Source of the DNA: Octopus vulgaris
Lineage: Eukaryota
DNA: 64,000 nucleotides
NCBI GenBank assembly: GCA_951406725.2
Contig: OX597821.1
Location: 24,366,001 to 24,430,000, forward strand
Direction: 5' to 3'
The position numbers and the translations under genes are program-made. The notes under the pieces were generated by a model. It was not told the DNA's origin. It saw only the letters and a list, made by a program, of their open reading frames with translations, and made no database searches. Below, piece by piece: positions 1-11,000 of this stretch. Position 1 is the first letter of the stretch, and every line of letters begins with the position of its first letter.

Positions 1-1300
1 TGCTGTAATATTCTCGGGTCACTCTATCTTTATTCACAGTGCCTTCATATGATACATTTATGTCTATGCCTAGGTACTTCTAACATTCTTTGTGTGGAAG
101 GGGAAGATAGACAGACTGTTGATGTACGGATTTTGGTTTGTGGGGACTGACTTTCCTCGTTCTATAACCAAATACGAACATTTCTTTTGGCCAAATTCCA
201 TGCCTATATCAGATGAAAACATTGTTATTAATTCCAGTTTTTTTTTCATTATTAACACTTTTAGGATAAATCTTCAGGTCGTGTACAAAGAAATTATGAG
301 TTACATTGATATTTCTGGCAGTTGAAGATCCTAGCCTGTAACCATTTGTTTCCTGCAGTAGGAACGACAATGGATTCAATGCCAAAATGAAAAGAAGTAC
401 AGGAAGACTATCTCCTTGGAATATTCCCTTTGTAATTCTTATACTATTAGAAACAATTATTCTGTTCTCAGTTGTAAGGGTAAGAATAGTTGTCCATGCC
501 TTTCCGAGTCTCTCTATGGCAGCAATTAAGGCAGTAGGTACCTTTGCCAGATGTAGGCTCTTCAACAGCCATGAATGAGGGATAGAGCCGAATGCCTTCT
601 TATAGGTAAGCCATACTGTCACAAGGTTTCTACGATGTTTTCTTACTTCAGACAGTACAGCTTTGTTCATTAAAAGTTGTTTGGCACATCCCCACACTCC
701 CTTCTTTCCACCAGCCTGTTCATCAGTCACAATGTTGTTCGACTCACAATGGTCCTGGAGGAATTGGTTGAGGCGTCTTGTGTACAGTTTGTACATAATG
801 TTTAGGCAAGCAATGGGCCTGTAGTTTCCTGCTATCTCGGTGATTTCATTGTTGGCAATAAGATTTGTCCTTGCTGTAGCAAACCAATGTGATATATCAA
901 TCTGACCTTCCATAGTCCTTTTGAACATGCATATCAATTGGTTACAATAAAACGTCAGTTTCTTGTACCAATATATTTCTTTACTACCCACAAGGGGTTA
1001 AACATAGAGGGGACAAACAAGGACAGACAGAGGGATTAAGTCGAATACATCGACCCCAGTGCGAAACTGGTACTTTATTTATCGACCCCAAAAGGATGAA
1101 AGACAAAGTCGACCTTGGCGGAATTTGAACTCACAACGTAACGACAGACGAAATACCGCTAAGCATTTCACCCGGTGCGCTAACGTTTCTGCCAGCTCGC
1201 CGCCTTCAGTATCTTGTACCAATATCCAACTATTAGGTCCCTTCCAGGTACCTTCCCATTCTGAAGTTTGCTTTCTGTTACAGCGAAGATTTCTGCATCA
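1..1300 (-). mobile_element. R4/Dong-clade non-LTR retrotransposon RT fragment (degenerate), interrupted by a SINE at 975-1205
   Basis: ORF 209..991 has RT motifs NYRPIACLN, EQAGGKKG, KKAFGSIPHSW and GIFQGDSL. Reading resumes beyond the SINE as NGKVPGRDLIVGYWYK. ORF 70..258 gives DIGMEFGQKKC, typical of R4/Dong. Confidence 0.8.
975..1205 (-). mobile_element. tRNA-derived SINE, family B (Meta-domain-like), full length with ~20-bp TSD
   Basis: Minus strand starts AGGCGGCGAGCTGGCAGAAACGTTAGC and contains GAGTTCAAATTCC (B box) and TTTCATCCTTTTGGGGTCGATAAATAAAGTACCAG. Flanked by TCAGT(T/A)TCTTGTACCAATAT at 955-974 and 1206-1225. Confidence 0.85.
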
Positions 1301-1312
1301 ATTTAAATGTAG

Positions 1313-2090
1313 ATTTAGGTCTTCACATTGAGTCTTGACAGATTGAATAGTTTACCGTCCGACCTTGTGTGGAGGCAAACGCCGTCGTTATGCGTCCCAA
1401 ATGCATACGTCAGCATGGCAGCGAAGTAGCTGTTTAACAGGGTAGGGGCAAGCACGTATCTTTGTTTTACCCCACGTCGAACATCAAAGGGTTCTGAGGT
1501 GTTTTCGTTGAAGTGTACTGTAGCCTTTATGTACAGATGGAATGACTCAAGGATGCGGAGCAGTCGAGGAGGACACCCAATATTCCCAAGAACTTGGAAC
1601 AACCCATTCCTACTCACCGTGTCAAACGCCTTCGTCAAGCTAACGTAGAGAGGGTGGTTCTGTAGAAGGGTTGGTTTTGTTCCCTGCATTTCTCTTGTAA
1701 ATGCCGAAGGGAGAAAATCATATCCATCGTGGATCGTCTGGAGCTGAAACCACTTTGAGATTCTGGATAGATCCTTTCTACAAGTTTCCGAACAAATGCC
1801 TTCTCGATGACATTGAGCAGTGATATGCCTCTATAGCCGTCACAGTGATTCCTGCTTCCTTTGGTTTTATACAACGTGACAATTTTACTGTCTTTCATAT
1901 CACTGAGAATCTCCCCTTCCATCCAGCAATGACACACGATATGGTGGAGTTGGTGTAGGATGTCTTCTTTCGAACACGTGATAACTTCAGCTGGTATCCC
2001 ATCCAGTCCAAGCGGTTTTCCGGTTGGTAGTGAGTCGAGTGCCTTTTCTAATTTCTCTACGGTTAGGGGGGGGGGTTGCCCAGTTCGTTC
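1313..2090 (-). mobile_element. RTE-clade (BovB-like) LINE RT fragment, frameshifted
   Basis: ORFs 1635..1937 (KIVTLYK, YRGISLL, PESQSGF, DMIFSLRHLQEKCREQNQP) and 1315..1689 (LTKAFDTVSR, GVKQ, VLAPTL, RSDGKLFNLSRL). Confidence 0.85.
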
Positions 2091-2229
2091 ATGACCGGTA
2101 AACGTTGCAAGTGTTCAAGATGGATAGATAGATATCGTTAATAGCTAAGATTATATATATATATATGTACATATATGTATGTATGTGTATATGTATGTGT
2201 GTGTGTGTGTGAGTGTATGTGTGTGTGTG

Positions 2230-2425
2230 CATTTGTGTGTTTGTGTTTGCCCTTCCACCACCGCTTGACAACCGATGTTGGTGTGCTTACGTCCCCGTAC
2301 TTAGTGATTCAGCAAAAGAGACCAGTAGAATAAGTACTAGGCTTACACAAAATAAGTCCTGGGGTCGATTTGTTCGAGTATAGGCGGTGCTCCAAAGGAC
2401 TGAAACAAGTAAAAGAATAAAAGAA
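2230..2425 (+). mobile_element. SINE family A, 3' half
   Basis: CTTGACAACCGATG...GAATAAGTACTAGGCTTAC...TGAAACAAGTAAAAG, matching the full copies at 5041-5447 and 48277-48681. Confidence 0.75.
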
Positions 2426-2468
2426 TATATATATAGCCTTGTTTCTCTCCTTGTTTTTTTCTGTGTCC

Positions 2469-2504
2469 CTTTCTGTAGAAGAGCGTAGGCTCGAAACGTA
2501 AAAG
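2469..2504 (+). ncRNA. Minimal type I hammerhead-ribozyme-like motif (A6U variant) in a Penelope-type terminal remnant (about 2437-2597)
   Basis: CTTT-CTGTAGA-A-GAGC-GTAG-GCTC-GAA-ACGT-A-AAAG: stem I CTTT/AAAG, stem II GAGC/GCTC, palindromic stem III ACGT, GUA triplet. Confidence 0.6.
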
Positions 2505-2596
2505 ACTTTTTTCTATTCCTGAGCGTTATACTAATACATCTGTTTGTTTTGTACACCACCTGTCTTCGTCTTTTGTCTTTTTCGTGAACTCTCCCC

Positions 2597-2617
2597 TATA
2601 TATATATATATATATAC

Positions 2618-2702
<85 letters not shown>
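2597..2702. repeat. (TA)n-(GA)n compound microsatellite
   Basis: Seen directly. Confidence 0.95.
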
Positions 2703-2784
2703 TGAATACTGAATTGAACGACATTCTTAATTCAAAATCATTACAATTGTTTCCACACATCGTTACACCGCTAGTACGTTAGTG

Positions 2785-2796
2785 AGATAATATAAG
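2785..2796 (+). promoter_or_regulatory. Possible GATA site plus TATA-like box upstream of the lipase gene
   Basis: AGATAA followed directly by TATAAG, about 300 bp upstream of the candidate ATG at 3088. Short motifs in AT-rich DNA, so weak. Confidence 0.15.
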
Positions 2797-2962
2797 TAAC
2801 ATATTGTGTAATCACTATCACACATTCTCTGTTATCATTTTATACAAACTCTACAGATGCTGTGGAATTCCTGATGTATTGCTAGTAATAAGAGCATTCC
2901 TATTGTATGGTGACACCCGGCAGTCAATAACTGTGGACGATCTTAGCATAGCATACTGCAAG

Positions 2963-3031
<69 letters not shown>

Positions 3032-3040
3032 CGTGTGTGT
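2963..3040. repeat. (GT)n microsatellite
   Basis: Seen directly. Confidence 0.95.
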
Positions 3041-3087
3041 AAAATGTTGCTGCTTAATTAAAAGACCACCTGTGACAAAGCAAACCT

Positions 3088-3123
3088 ATGATAAAAAGTG
3101 TTTCATTCTGTTTCCTTTTTTAG
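3088..3123 (+). CDS. Candidate first coding (signal peptide) exon of the lipase gene, 1 nt out of phase as assembled
   Basis: ATGATAAAAAGTGTTTCATTCTGTTTCCTTTTTTAG|GTAGAG. One extra base in the A5 or T6 run gives MIKKCFILFPFL or MIKSVSFCFLFL, joining in phase 1 to VAFTYP of the next exon. Confidence 0.4.
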   Translation: MIKSVSFCFLF

Positions 3124-3405
3124 GTAGAGTGCACCAAAAACTAGATCATGCATAGTGTTCCGCCTTTCTAATGGCGATAGAATGTGATTTAAGATGGATT
3201 TAGTTTATTTCTAACAGGTCATGTAATTGCATATACATTTCTAACAGATCCTGTAATATACATACATGAGTCTTCCAAAAAAAATAAAAAATTATTTATA
3301 ATAAAACGTATTTCTATAAAAGTTTGATGCTGAAATATACTGCTAAATATCTACCAACATCCATGTCCAATTCTTATTCTTTTCTTTTATCTTTTCTCAT
3401 TTCAG

Positions 3406-3716
3406 TGGCATTCACTTACCCTCATTACAGCACCCACATAAAAAAGCGGTGCTTCCGCACACTTGGATGTTTTTCAATCATTTACCCTTATAACAACACT
3501 TATCTTCTACCTGATAGTCCCTTTCTCATTGGTACCCGGTTTTGGATATATTCACCGTATTCCATTAAAAGGAAACCTCTCAGAATCGATTCAAATCGAT
3601 CCCGTAGGAATCATTTCAAATATAGATTCCCAACAAAAGTTATTATTCCTGGATTCAATCCGAATCATGAGAACTTTAAATGGATCCACGACATGGCCAT
3701 CGCCCTTCAACATCAG
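3406..3716 (+). CDS. Pancreatic lipase-related protein, N-terminal coding exon
   Basis: Polypyrimidine tract + TTTCAG acceptor; CAG|GTAC donor, phase 0. Encodes CFRTLGCFS...LLPDSPFLIGTRFWIYS...PTKVIIPGF...WIHDMAIALQHQ, resembling the PNLIP N-terminus (CF..LGCFS, LP.SP, KTRFIIHGF). Confidence 0.85.
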
Positions 3717-3799
3717 GTACGTTAAATATAATGTAAAATAATTTTATATAATTATATTCGAGATAATTTTAATACTAATTTTTTCTTGTAATTCTTTCT

Positions 3800-4004
3800 A
3801 ATTTTGCTTCAACGCCAGCAATTCTGAGTGGCGGGGTTACAACGACCCCAGTACTTGACTAGTATTTTATTTTACCAACCCTGAAAGGATGAAAGGCAAA
3901 GCTGACCTCGGTGGCATTTGAATTTCGAACCAAGAGAAAATCCGTCAGGCATTTTGTCCGACGCTCTAACGGCTTTACCAGCTCGCCAGCTTAATAGTTA
4001 TTTT

Positions 4005-4042
<38 letters not shown>

Positions 4043-4277
4043 TGATGATGATGATGATAATATTAATGGTTTCAAATTTTGCCACAAGAACAACATTTGA
4101 GGGGGGGCTGGGTAGATTACATTGACCCTAGTACTCAACTGATACTTATTTAATCGATCCCGAAAGGATGAAAAGCAAAGTCGACCTTGTCGGAATTTGA
4201 ACTCAGAACGTAGCGGCAGACGAAATACCGTTATGCACTTCGGCCGGTGTGCTAACGATTCTGCCAGCTTGCTGCCC
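3800..4277 (-). mobile_element. Two diverged family B SINE copies separated by (AAT)n(GAT)n
   Basis: Both carry GAAAGGATGAAA(G/A)GCAAAG..GACCT..G.ATTTGAA and end in CCAGCT(C/T)GC. Confidence 0.75.
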
Positions 4278-4911
4278 GATTAGTAATGATGATGATGTTG
4301 ATGATGATGATGATGGTAATGATTTACAACACTGAAGCAAGTACATTTTGGTTGAAGATGGTATAGTGGTCTCCAGTATTTCATTGGTATTTATTTTATC
4401 TACCCGGAAAAAGATTACAATACCAAGTCGAAAGTGTGAAAAACATTAATCAGTACATGAAAGGACATCATCTAAGATGGAACCGACCCCGCAAGTATTT
4501 GGTCCGTTATTCTACTGATTCTACACACCTATATTTCACACCAATATTTCAATTGGCACCGTTGAGTGAGACTTTAGCTGATTAATTTCAAGGCTACACA
4601 CGCATCAGCAAATTTATGATTTGGTATTTAGATATATAAACAGCAGTTCTTAATGGGTTATGAACGATGGTTTCGATACCCAGAGCTGATGAGACATAAC
4701 AACGCAAAAAACACATTCGGTGATGTTATTCATAATTCGGTGAAGTGCTTTCACACACATTGCCCATAGGAAGAATTTCTCTTCAGAGACAATATTCGCA
4801 GCAGAGGTCTTTCTACATTTGAATGTACATGTACGTGTTAAATTTAATTGTGCACACCTATATTTTAATCATCGTTGCTTAGTGTGCCGCTAATTCATTG
4901 ATCGTCTAGCC

Positions 4912-5567
4912 CAGTGGTTCTCAACCATTTTTTGCTTGTGGACCTCCTTTGATACCTATTTTGCTCTGCTGGACCCTCATAGCCTTTCAATATTAAAAAA
5001 AAATCCTATTATATTTTTATAATTTTATATCATTGGGAATTCTTTTATTCTTTCTTTTATTCTTTTACTTGTTTCAGTCATTTGACTGCGGCCATGCTGG
5101 AGCACCACCTTTAGTCGAGCAAATCGACCCCGGGACTTATTCATTGTAAGCCCAGTACTTATTCTATCGGTCTCTTTTGCCGAACCGCTAAGTGACGGGG
5201 ACGTAAACACACTAGCATCGGTTGTCAAGCAATGCTAGGGGGGCAAACACACACATACACACACATATATATATACATATATACGACAGGATTCTTTCAG
5301 TTTCCGTCTACCAAATCCACTCACAAGGCTTTGGTCGGCCCGGGGCTATAGCAGAAGACACTTGCCCAAGATGCCACGCAATGGGACTGAACCCGGAACC
5401 ATGTGGTTGGTTAGCAAGCTACTTACCACACAGCCACTCCTGCGCCTATATAAAAAATTGTTAAAATATTTTGTGAATTGGAGGAGTCAAACCAATTGAC
5501 TGCACATAAACAACGAAATATGATATGGACTCTCAAGGACTATAAGGACCCCAGTTGAGAACCAGTG
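4912..5567. mobile_element. hAT-Charlie-like MITE with nested SINE
   Basis: TIRs CAGTGGTTCTCAAC / GTTGAGAACCAGTG; degenerate 8-bp TSD GTCTAGCC / GTGTAGAC (NTCTAGAN-type). Confidence 0.7.
5041..5447 (-). mobile_element. tRNA-derived SINE family A (CORE-like), full length
   Basis: Minus strand AGGCGCAGGAGTGGCTGTGTGGTAAG (A box)..GGTTCAGTCCC (B box)..TCTTGGGCAAGTG, internal TA/TG repeat, GAATAAAA tail. Confidence 0.9.
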
Positions 5568-6330
5568 GTGTAGACACTCACTCTAAATATTTAGTGAGTG
5601 CCAACGTTAAAATTTTTTATTATTGTTAGAATGGTGGATACTAGAACCTTCAGTGTAGTGGACAAAATACTGTGTAACTGTATTTAGTTCTGCCGTTTGG
5701 CTTTCTGGGGAAAATCATAGTATGTGGAGTTAAATTTATTTTCATATTTATAAGATTGTTAAAATAAGAATTAATCAAGCAGAACGAAAGGGTGAATTTG
5801 ATTATATTATACTCCTCACTCAAAATATATACTTGTGTGTCCTATTATTATGCATTGTAAAATTGAAGGCAATTAATTGATAGACTCTGAAGAGCGTTGG
5901 AAAAATTCTTTGGTGCTAATCACTGATACCCATTCGGGTTCTAAGTGTAATTACCACCGAAATCGATGTATTTATTTTGATGTCATTTTTATGACATTTT
6001 TGCAGAGATTCTGAGACAGGTAGGCGGAACTCGAGAAAAATTCGACGAATTATAGGCTGCTGCTGCTGTATCCTTTGAGAGATTATAGCAAAGTATATTC
6101 ATCCAAAGGAATCCTAATGGTCAAATGGTGGTGTTGATTGAGTGCCTGTATTGTTGAATGGCTAAAACGTTCGTTTCTGAATTACGTTGATCTAGTTTGA
6201 TCCCACTGCACTTTGAATAAATATCTTCACTCGTAGATCAGATTGACCAATTCTTGTGAGTGGAATCATGGGACGCTATACTTATATATACATACATATG
6301 CGCACACACATGCAAACACACATACGCATA

Positions 6331-6583
6331 TACTCTTTTACTCTTTTACTTGTTTCAGTCATTTGACTGCGGCCATGCTGGAGCACCGCCTTTAGTCGAG
6401 CAAATCGACCCCGGGACTTATTCTTTGTAAGCCCAGTACTTATTCTATCGGTCTCTTTTGCCGAACCGCTAAGTGACGGGGCTATAGCAGAAGACACTTG
6501 CCCAAGATGCCACGCAGTGGGACTGAACCCGGAACCATGTGGTTGGTTAGCAAGCTACTTACCACACAGCCACTTCTGCGCCT
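6331..6583 (-). mobile_element. SINE family A copy with internal deletion
   Basis: AAGTGACGGGG joined directly to CTATAGCAGAAGAC; the central segment is missing relative to the 5041 copy. Confidence 0.85.
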
Positions 6584-6587
6584 ATAT

Positions 6588-6593
6588 AAAAAA
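6588..6593 (-). terminator. Pol III oligo-T terminator after tRNA-Lys
   Basis: T6 run on the minus strand 5 nt after the discriminator base. Confidence 0.55.
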
Positions 6594-6598
6594 TTTGT

Positions 6599-6690
6599 CA
6601 CCCGCAGAGGGACTTGAACCCGCGACCCTCAGATTTCATAACTCGGCAGTTCTTAAAAGTCTGATGCTCTACCGACTGAGCTATGCACAT
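6599..6690 (-). tRNA. trnK: tRNA-Lys(UUU) with 19-nt canonical intron; probable pseudogene (acceptor stem disrupted)
   Basis: Minus strand ATGTGCA TAGCTCAGTCGGTAGAGC A TCAGA CTTTTA [AGAACTGCCGAGTTATGAA] A TCTGA GGGTC GCGGGTTCAAGTCCCTC TGCGGGT G, then ACAAATTTTTT. Only positions 1 and 5-7 of the acceptor stem are Watson-Crick paired. Confidence 0.8.
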
Positions 6691-8842
6691 ATGCACATAT
6701 TTTAGCACTTGGAATTGATATTGGGTTTTGTGTATAGTGATGTGTTTACATTATATGTCTGAATTTATTATGTGCAAGTGGTCTATTATTAACTACTTTC
6801 CATTGTACAATACCGGTAATTTTAAATGAGATCTTTGTCTAGAGGAAATGTACTATATATATTTGTTCAAAATTAAAATTACTAAATTGTAGAACCAGTC
6901 TTACGTTGAAATGTTCCCATAAGTATAAAAAGAAAAACATTTAAATATTTCAATAGTAAATAGCACCCTCATAATAATTGCTTTTCTTATAATCTAATCA
7001 GCATAATTTTTGTATTCTTAACTTTCTTTTTGTATATGTTCATGTATTATAGATATTATTTCAGTTTGCTTTGAACTTAACCTGCTTTGGGTTACCTTGA
7101 CAACATCGTATTAGCAAAAATTTTCGAATATTTTGGTTTGACTAGTACCTTTTTTCCACATCGTTTTCGTGTCACTGTCTTCGTATGAATTCACCCAAAG
7201 GGCTTGGAAAAATCATTGTTTGGACACCATACATATTTTGAAAAAAAATTGTTTATGGTTTTTCCAAGTATAGTCAATTAAATCGGTGTGGAAACGAATT
7301 ACTCTGTCCATGAAATTTAATATATTTACAAATACTATTCGCTGTTTCAAAAACTTTGTTTTTGAAGATGTAAATGACGATTATGTCGTTGAAATTTTTT
7401 AAAATTTTAAATTTGCTTTTCATTAAGAAAATAAATTATACTTTTAATATTTTTAACCATTAAATAACCCGATCGCTCCGCCACGAAAACTATATTGCAT
7501 CATACTGTTGGATATTATTTATCAACTAAAATTGGGACGCAAAGCAAAATTATTTTCAATTTACATTTTAACTTCTGCAATTCAAATCGAAAGTATTCTT
7601 GAATCTTTTTCCATCTGCATCGTAGAAAACTAAAAGCAATTTTTTTTTTCTTACCTTTCGACTTCATGTTTTTAATTATCGATAACAAGGAAGATCCATT
7701 TCTTTTTCTTTGTGCAATGATCATGAGAAAGTTTTTGAATAGTTAGTAAAGGTATAGACTTTTTCTTTCTGAGTAAAAAACAAATAAAGTTATCAACATT
7801 ATTCGTCATGTACACCATCAAATTACATTCCTCCAAAATTTTATAAAATAATATTCATCATTAACGAAATTACGAGAGAACTAAATCAAGTCACAAACGG
7901 TATTTATGCCAGAAAAAACATTTTTTAAACAGAAACGGTTTATTAACAAATAAGATATTGTTGTTATTAATACTGAGGAAATGGAGACATTTTATATTTA
8001 CGAAATACATTGATTTAATAGGAATGTAGTTGATATTTGAAGAATGCTGGTAAATTATTGCTGGAAAGGAATTTGTTATTATTGACTGCTGTGCAGTGTT
8101 TCGGAAATGGAAAGTATGGCGACAGTTATACATAAAAATATTTGAGTGGTGGTATCGAAGTATTTCATTTTGTGAAGGAATTCCTTTTTCCCATTAACGG
8201 AAGGATAGTTTATTTTCTTTCTTTTTAAGCAGTATCCCTACCGCACCATCGTCATCCAAACCACAAGTAAGTTCTGGATGAGTAGACGCAATGGCATTTG
8301 GAGAATTTTTGGTCTGGTTTTGGTGCGTGAAGCTTCGATCTTGTGGTCTTCCTCCATATTTATTCTTTCTCTTTGCTCCTCACGTTTTATTATCACATAA
8401 TGACGTAGTGTCACATGACATAGCATTGGAGTTCAGAGCTGAGATAGCTGGCTGATATTAAACTACAGGAGGCGCTTCAGTTAAGGTTGGTGCTTCTTTT
8501 CCATGGTTTGTTTTGCCATCGAAGAGGAGAGCCCAGTTTGTTCCTTTCCACTGCAGATTGAGGACTTGATCTTATCTCCTAACCACTACCAGGGACTCTA
8601 GAAGCTGTCCAGTGGGAAGAATTGTTAATGTTCGAGTAACGATTGTTTTTGCAGTTATTGTTCGTTTTTGTTGTTATTGTTAGGCACAGAGCTATCGGCC
8701 GTGGTATTTTGGTCCAAGTATATCTGTTTCTTGAGTTCACTGTCTGCCCTAGAAGATCAGATTCCAGTAAAGGGAAAGGAATTTCGCCAGGTACACACCT
8801 GTAAATATTCGAGTGATTCATGATATTCAAAACCGCTGCAAT

Positions 8843-9140
<298 letters not shown>

Positions 9141-9659
9141 ATGCTTAGGAGTTCCTATACGGCGTGAGCTGATGTGTTCCCATTTTTTCAGCAGTCGAAT
9201 GTCTAATTACCTTAGATGTTCTGTGTTGTTATTGTTGCCAGAATCACCACCACACAACACAGTTGTTGTTGTTGTTGTTGTTGTTATTGCTACTGTTGCA
9301 GTATTGCAGCTGTCTATTACTATCAGTAATATTATTTTTAATATTGTCAATATTGTTCATATAAATTTTGTTGTTTAGCCCCCAAGTCATTTCCGATCAA
9401 CCTAAGCCGATGATCAAAATGCCCCAGCAACAATCATGCTGTCGTATTTTTTTTTCAGACATATCTTTTTAAAGATTGTTGACTACCGTTTGAAGGGTGT
9501 TTTACTGATATTTCTAGCAGGGTGGAAGTGAGAATGCAGAGGCTCCCTGATTAGTTCAGTCAAATAAATATTGTTGCATAGTACCAGGTTTGCTCTGATG
9601 AAGCTAATCTATGATCAACAGTATTCCAGCCATGACCAGCTACTGACGTAATGTTCTTT

Positions 9660-10778
9660 ATATTCCTTCAACTTCAGGCATAGAGTCTGAAATTTTGTGG
9701 GGAAGAGTAGCTGATTCCTTTGCGCCTCTGTTTTTTTATTTTATTGATCCCGAAAAGTAAAAAAACGAGCTCGGCGGAATTTCAACTGAGAACTTAAGGC
9801 CGGGATAAATGTAGCTGATCATTTCATTTAGCATTCTAACGAATCTGTATGCTTTCCACTTTTACAATGTTTTTAATACAGGTTTCAAATTTTGATACAA
9901 GGCCAGCAATATCGGGGTGGAGGCGGTTAAGTCGATTACATCAACCCCAGTGCTCAACTGGTACTTATTTTATCGATCCCAAAAGGGTGAAAGGTAAAGT
10001 TGACCTCGGTGGAATTTGAACTCAGAACTTAAAGCCGGAGGCATTCTAACGATTCTGTCAGCACACTGCTTTTGCGATGTTTTTAATATAGAAATTTTTA
10101 TTGTTGTTATTTAGAGAATTGTTCGCTATACTCAGATTTTATTTCCTTCGTCCATCGAAAAAGAAAGGGGACCTGTCATTGTTTCAGCACTTCTCACCCA
10201 TTGTACCACCCGTCGGCATGTTAAACTTAATTACGACAGTTAGAAATATATAGCAATTGTCTTGCTTTGGATCCCTCAATTCTTGATGGTCCCTTATACA
10301 AAACCATACGTTTTAGGGAAGGGCAGACTCAACAATAGTGATTTCTGACTTTAAAACAAGACCATGATTTCAACAGACGATTAAATCGATTCCAACAGCC
10401 GACTGGTACTTGCTTATTTTACAAACCATTGAAAGATTAAAGGCAAAGTGAACTTTGTCAGGATTTGAACTCAAAACGCATAGAAATGTGACGAAATGAA
10501 AAGGGTGAATCCAGAACACAAGGACGGACGAAATGCCGCTAAGCACTTTGACCAGCGTGCTAACGATTCTGCCAGCTCGCCGCCTTACTCGCCTTTGGAA
10601 TCCTTTCTATTAAAGGCACAAGGCCTGAAATTTGGTTGGAGGGGACTAGTAGATTACATCGACCCCAGTCTTTCACAGGGACTTAATTTAGAAATCCCAA
10701 AAGGATGAACAGTAAAGTCGACCTCGGCGGGATTTGAACTTAGAACGTAAAAACGGATGAAAAGCCGCTGAGCATTTA

Positions 10779-10839
<61 letters not shown>

Positions 10840-11000
10840 TGATGATGATGATGAGGATGATGATGATACTGGCTTGTAATTTAGACACGGGGCCAGCAGT
10901 TTTCGATTTTTTAGAAGGGGTTTTATCAATACTATCTACGCCAGTACTTGACTGATATTGTATATTATCAGCATCAAAAAGATGAAAGGCAAAGTTGACC
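9660..11000 (-). mobile_element. Cluster of about five degraded family B SINEs with (AAT)n/(GAT)n spacers
   Basis: Repeated AAAGG.AAAGT.GACCTCGG.GGA.TTTGAACTCAGAAC and GACCCCAGT motifs near 9750, 9940-10030, 10430, 10660-10750 and 10980. Confidence 0.7.

Noticed and set aside
2857-2909. Alternative first lipase exon (DVLLVIRAFLLY G|GTGAC)
   Set aside because: Phase fits, but there is no in-frame ATG after the acceptor and the donor is weak. Not excluded, but less convincing than 3088-3123.
3121-3123. A-to-I editing of UAG rescuing the candidate first exon
   Set aside because: Removing the stop still leaves a phase-0 junction, which is out of frame with the 3406 exon.
5025-5464. Recurrent short ORFs such as GSAKETDRISTGL or RLPNPLTRLWSARG that look like a gene family
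   Set aside because: They are translations of SINE family A copies.
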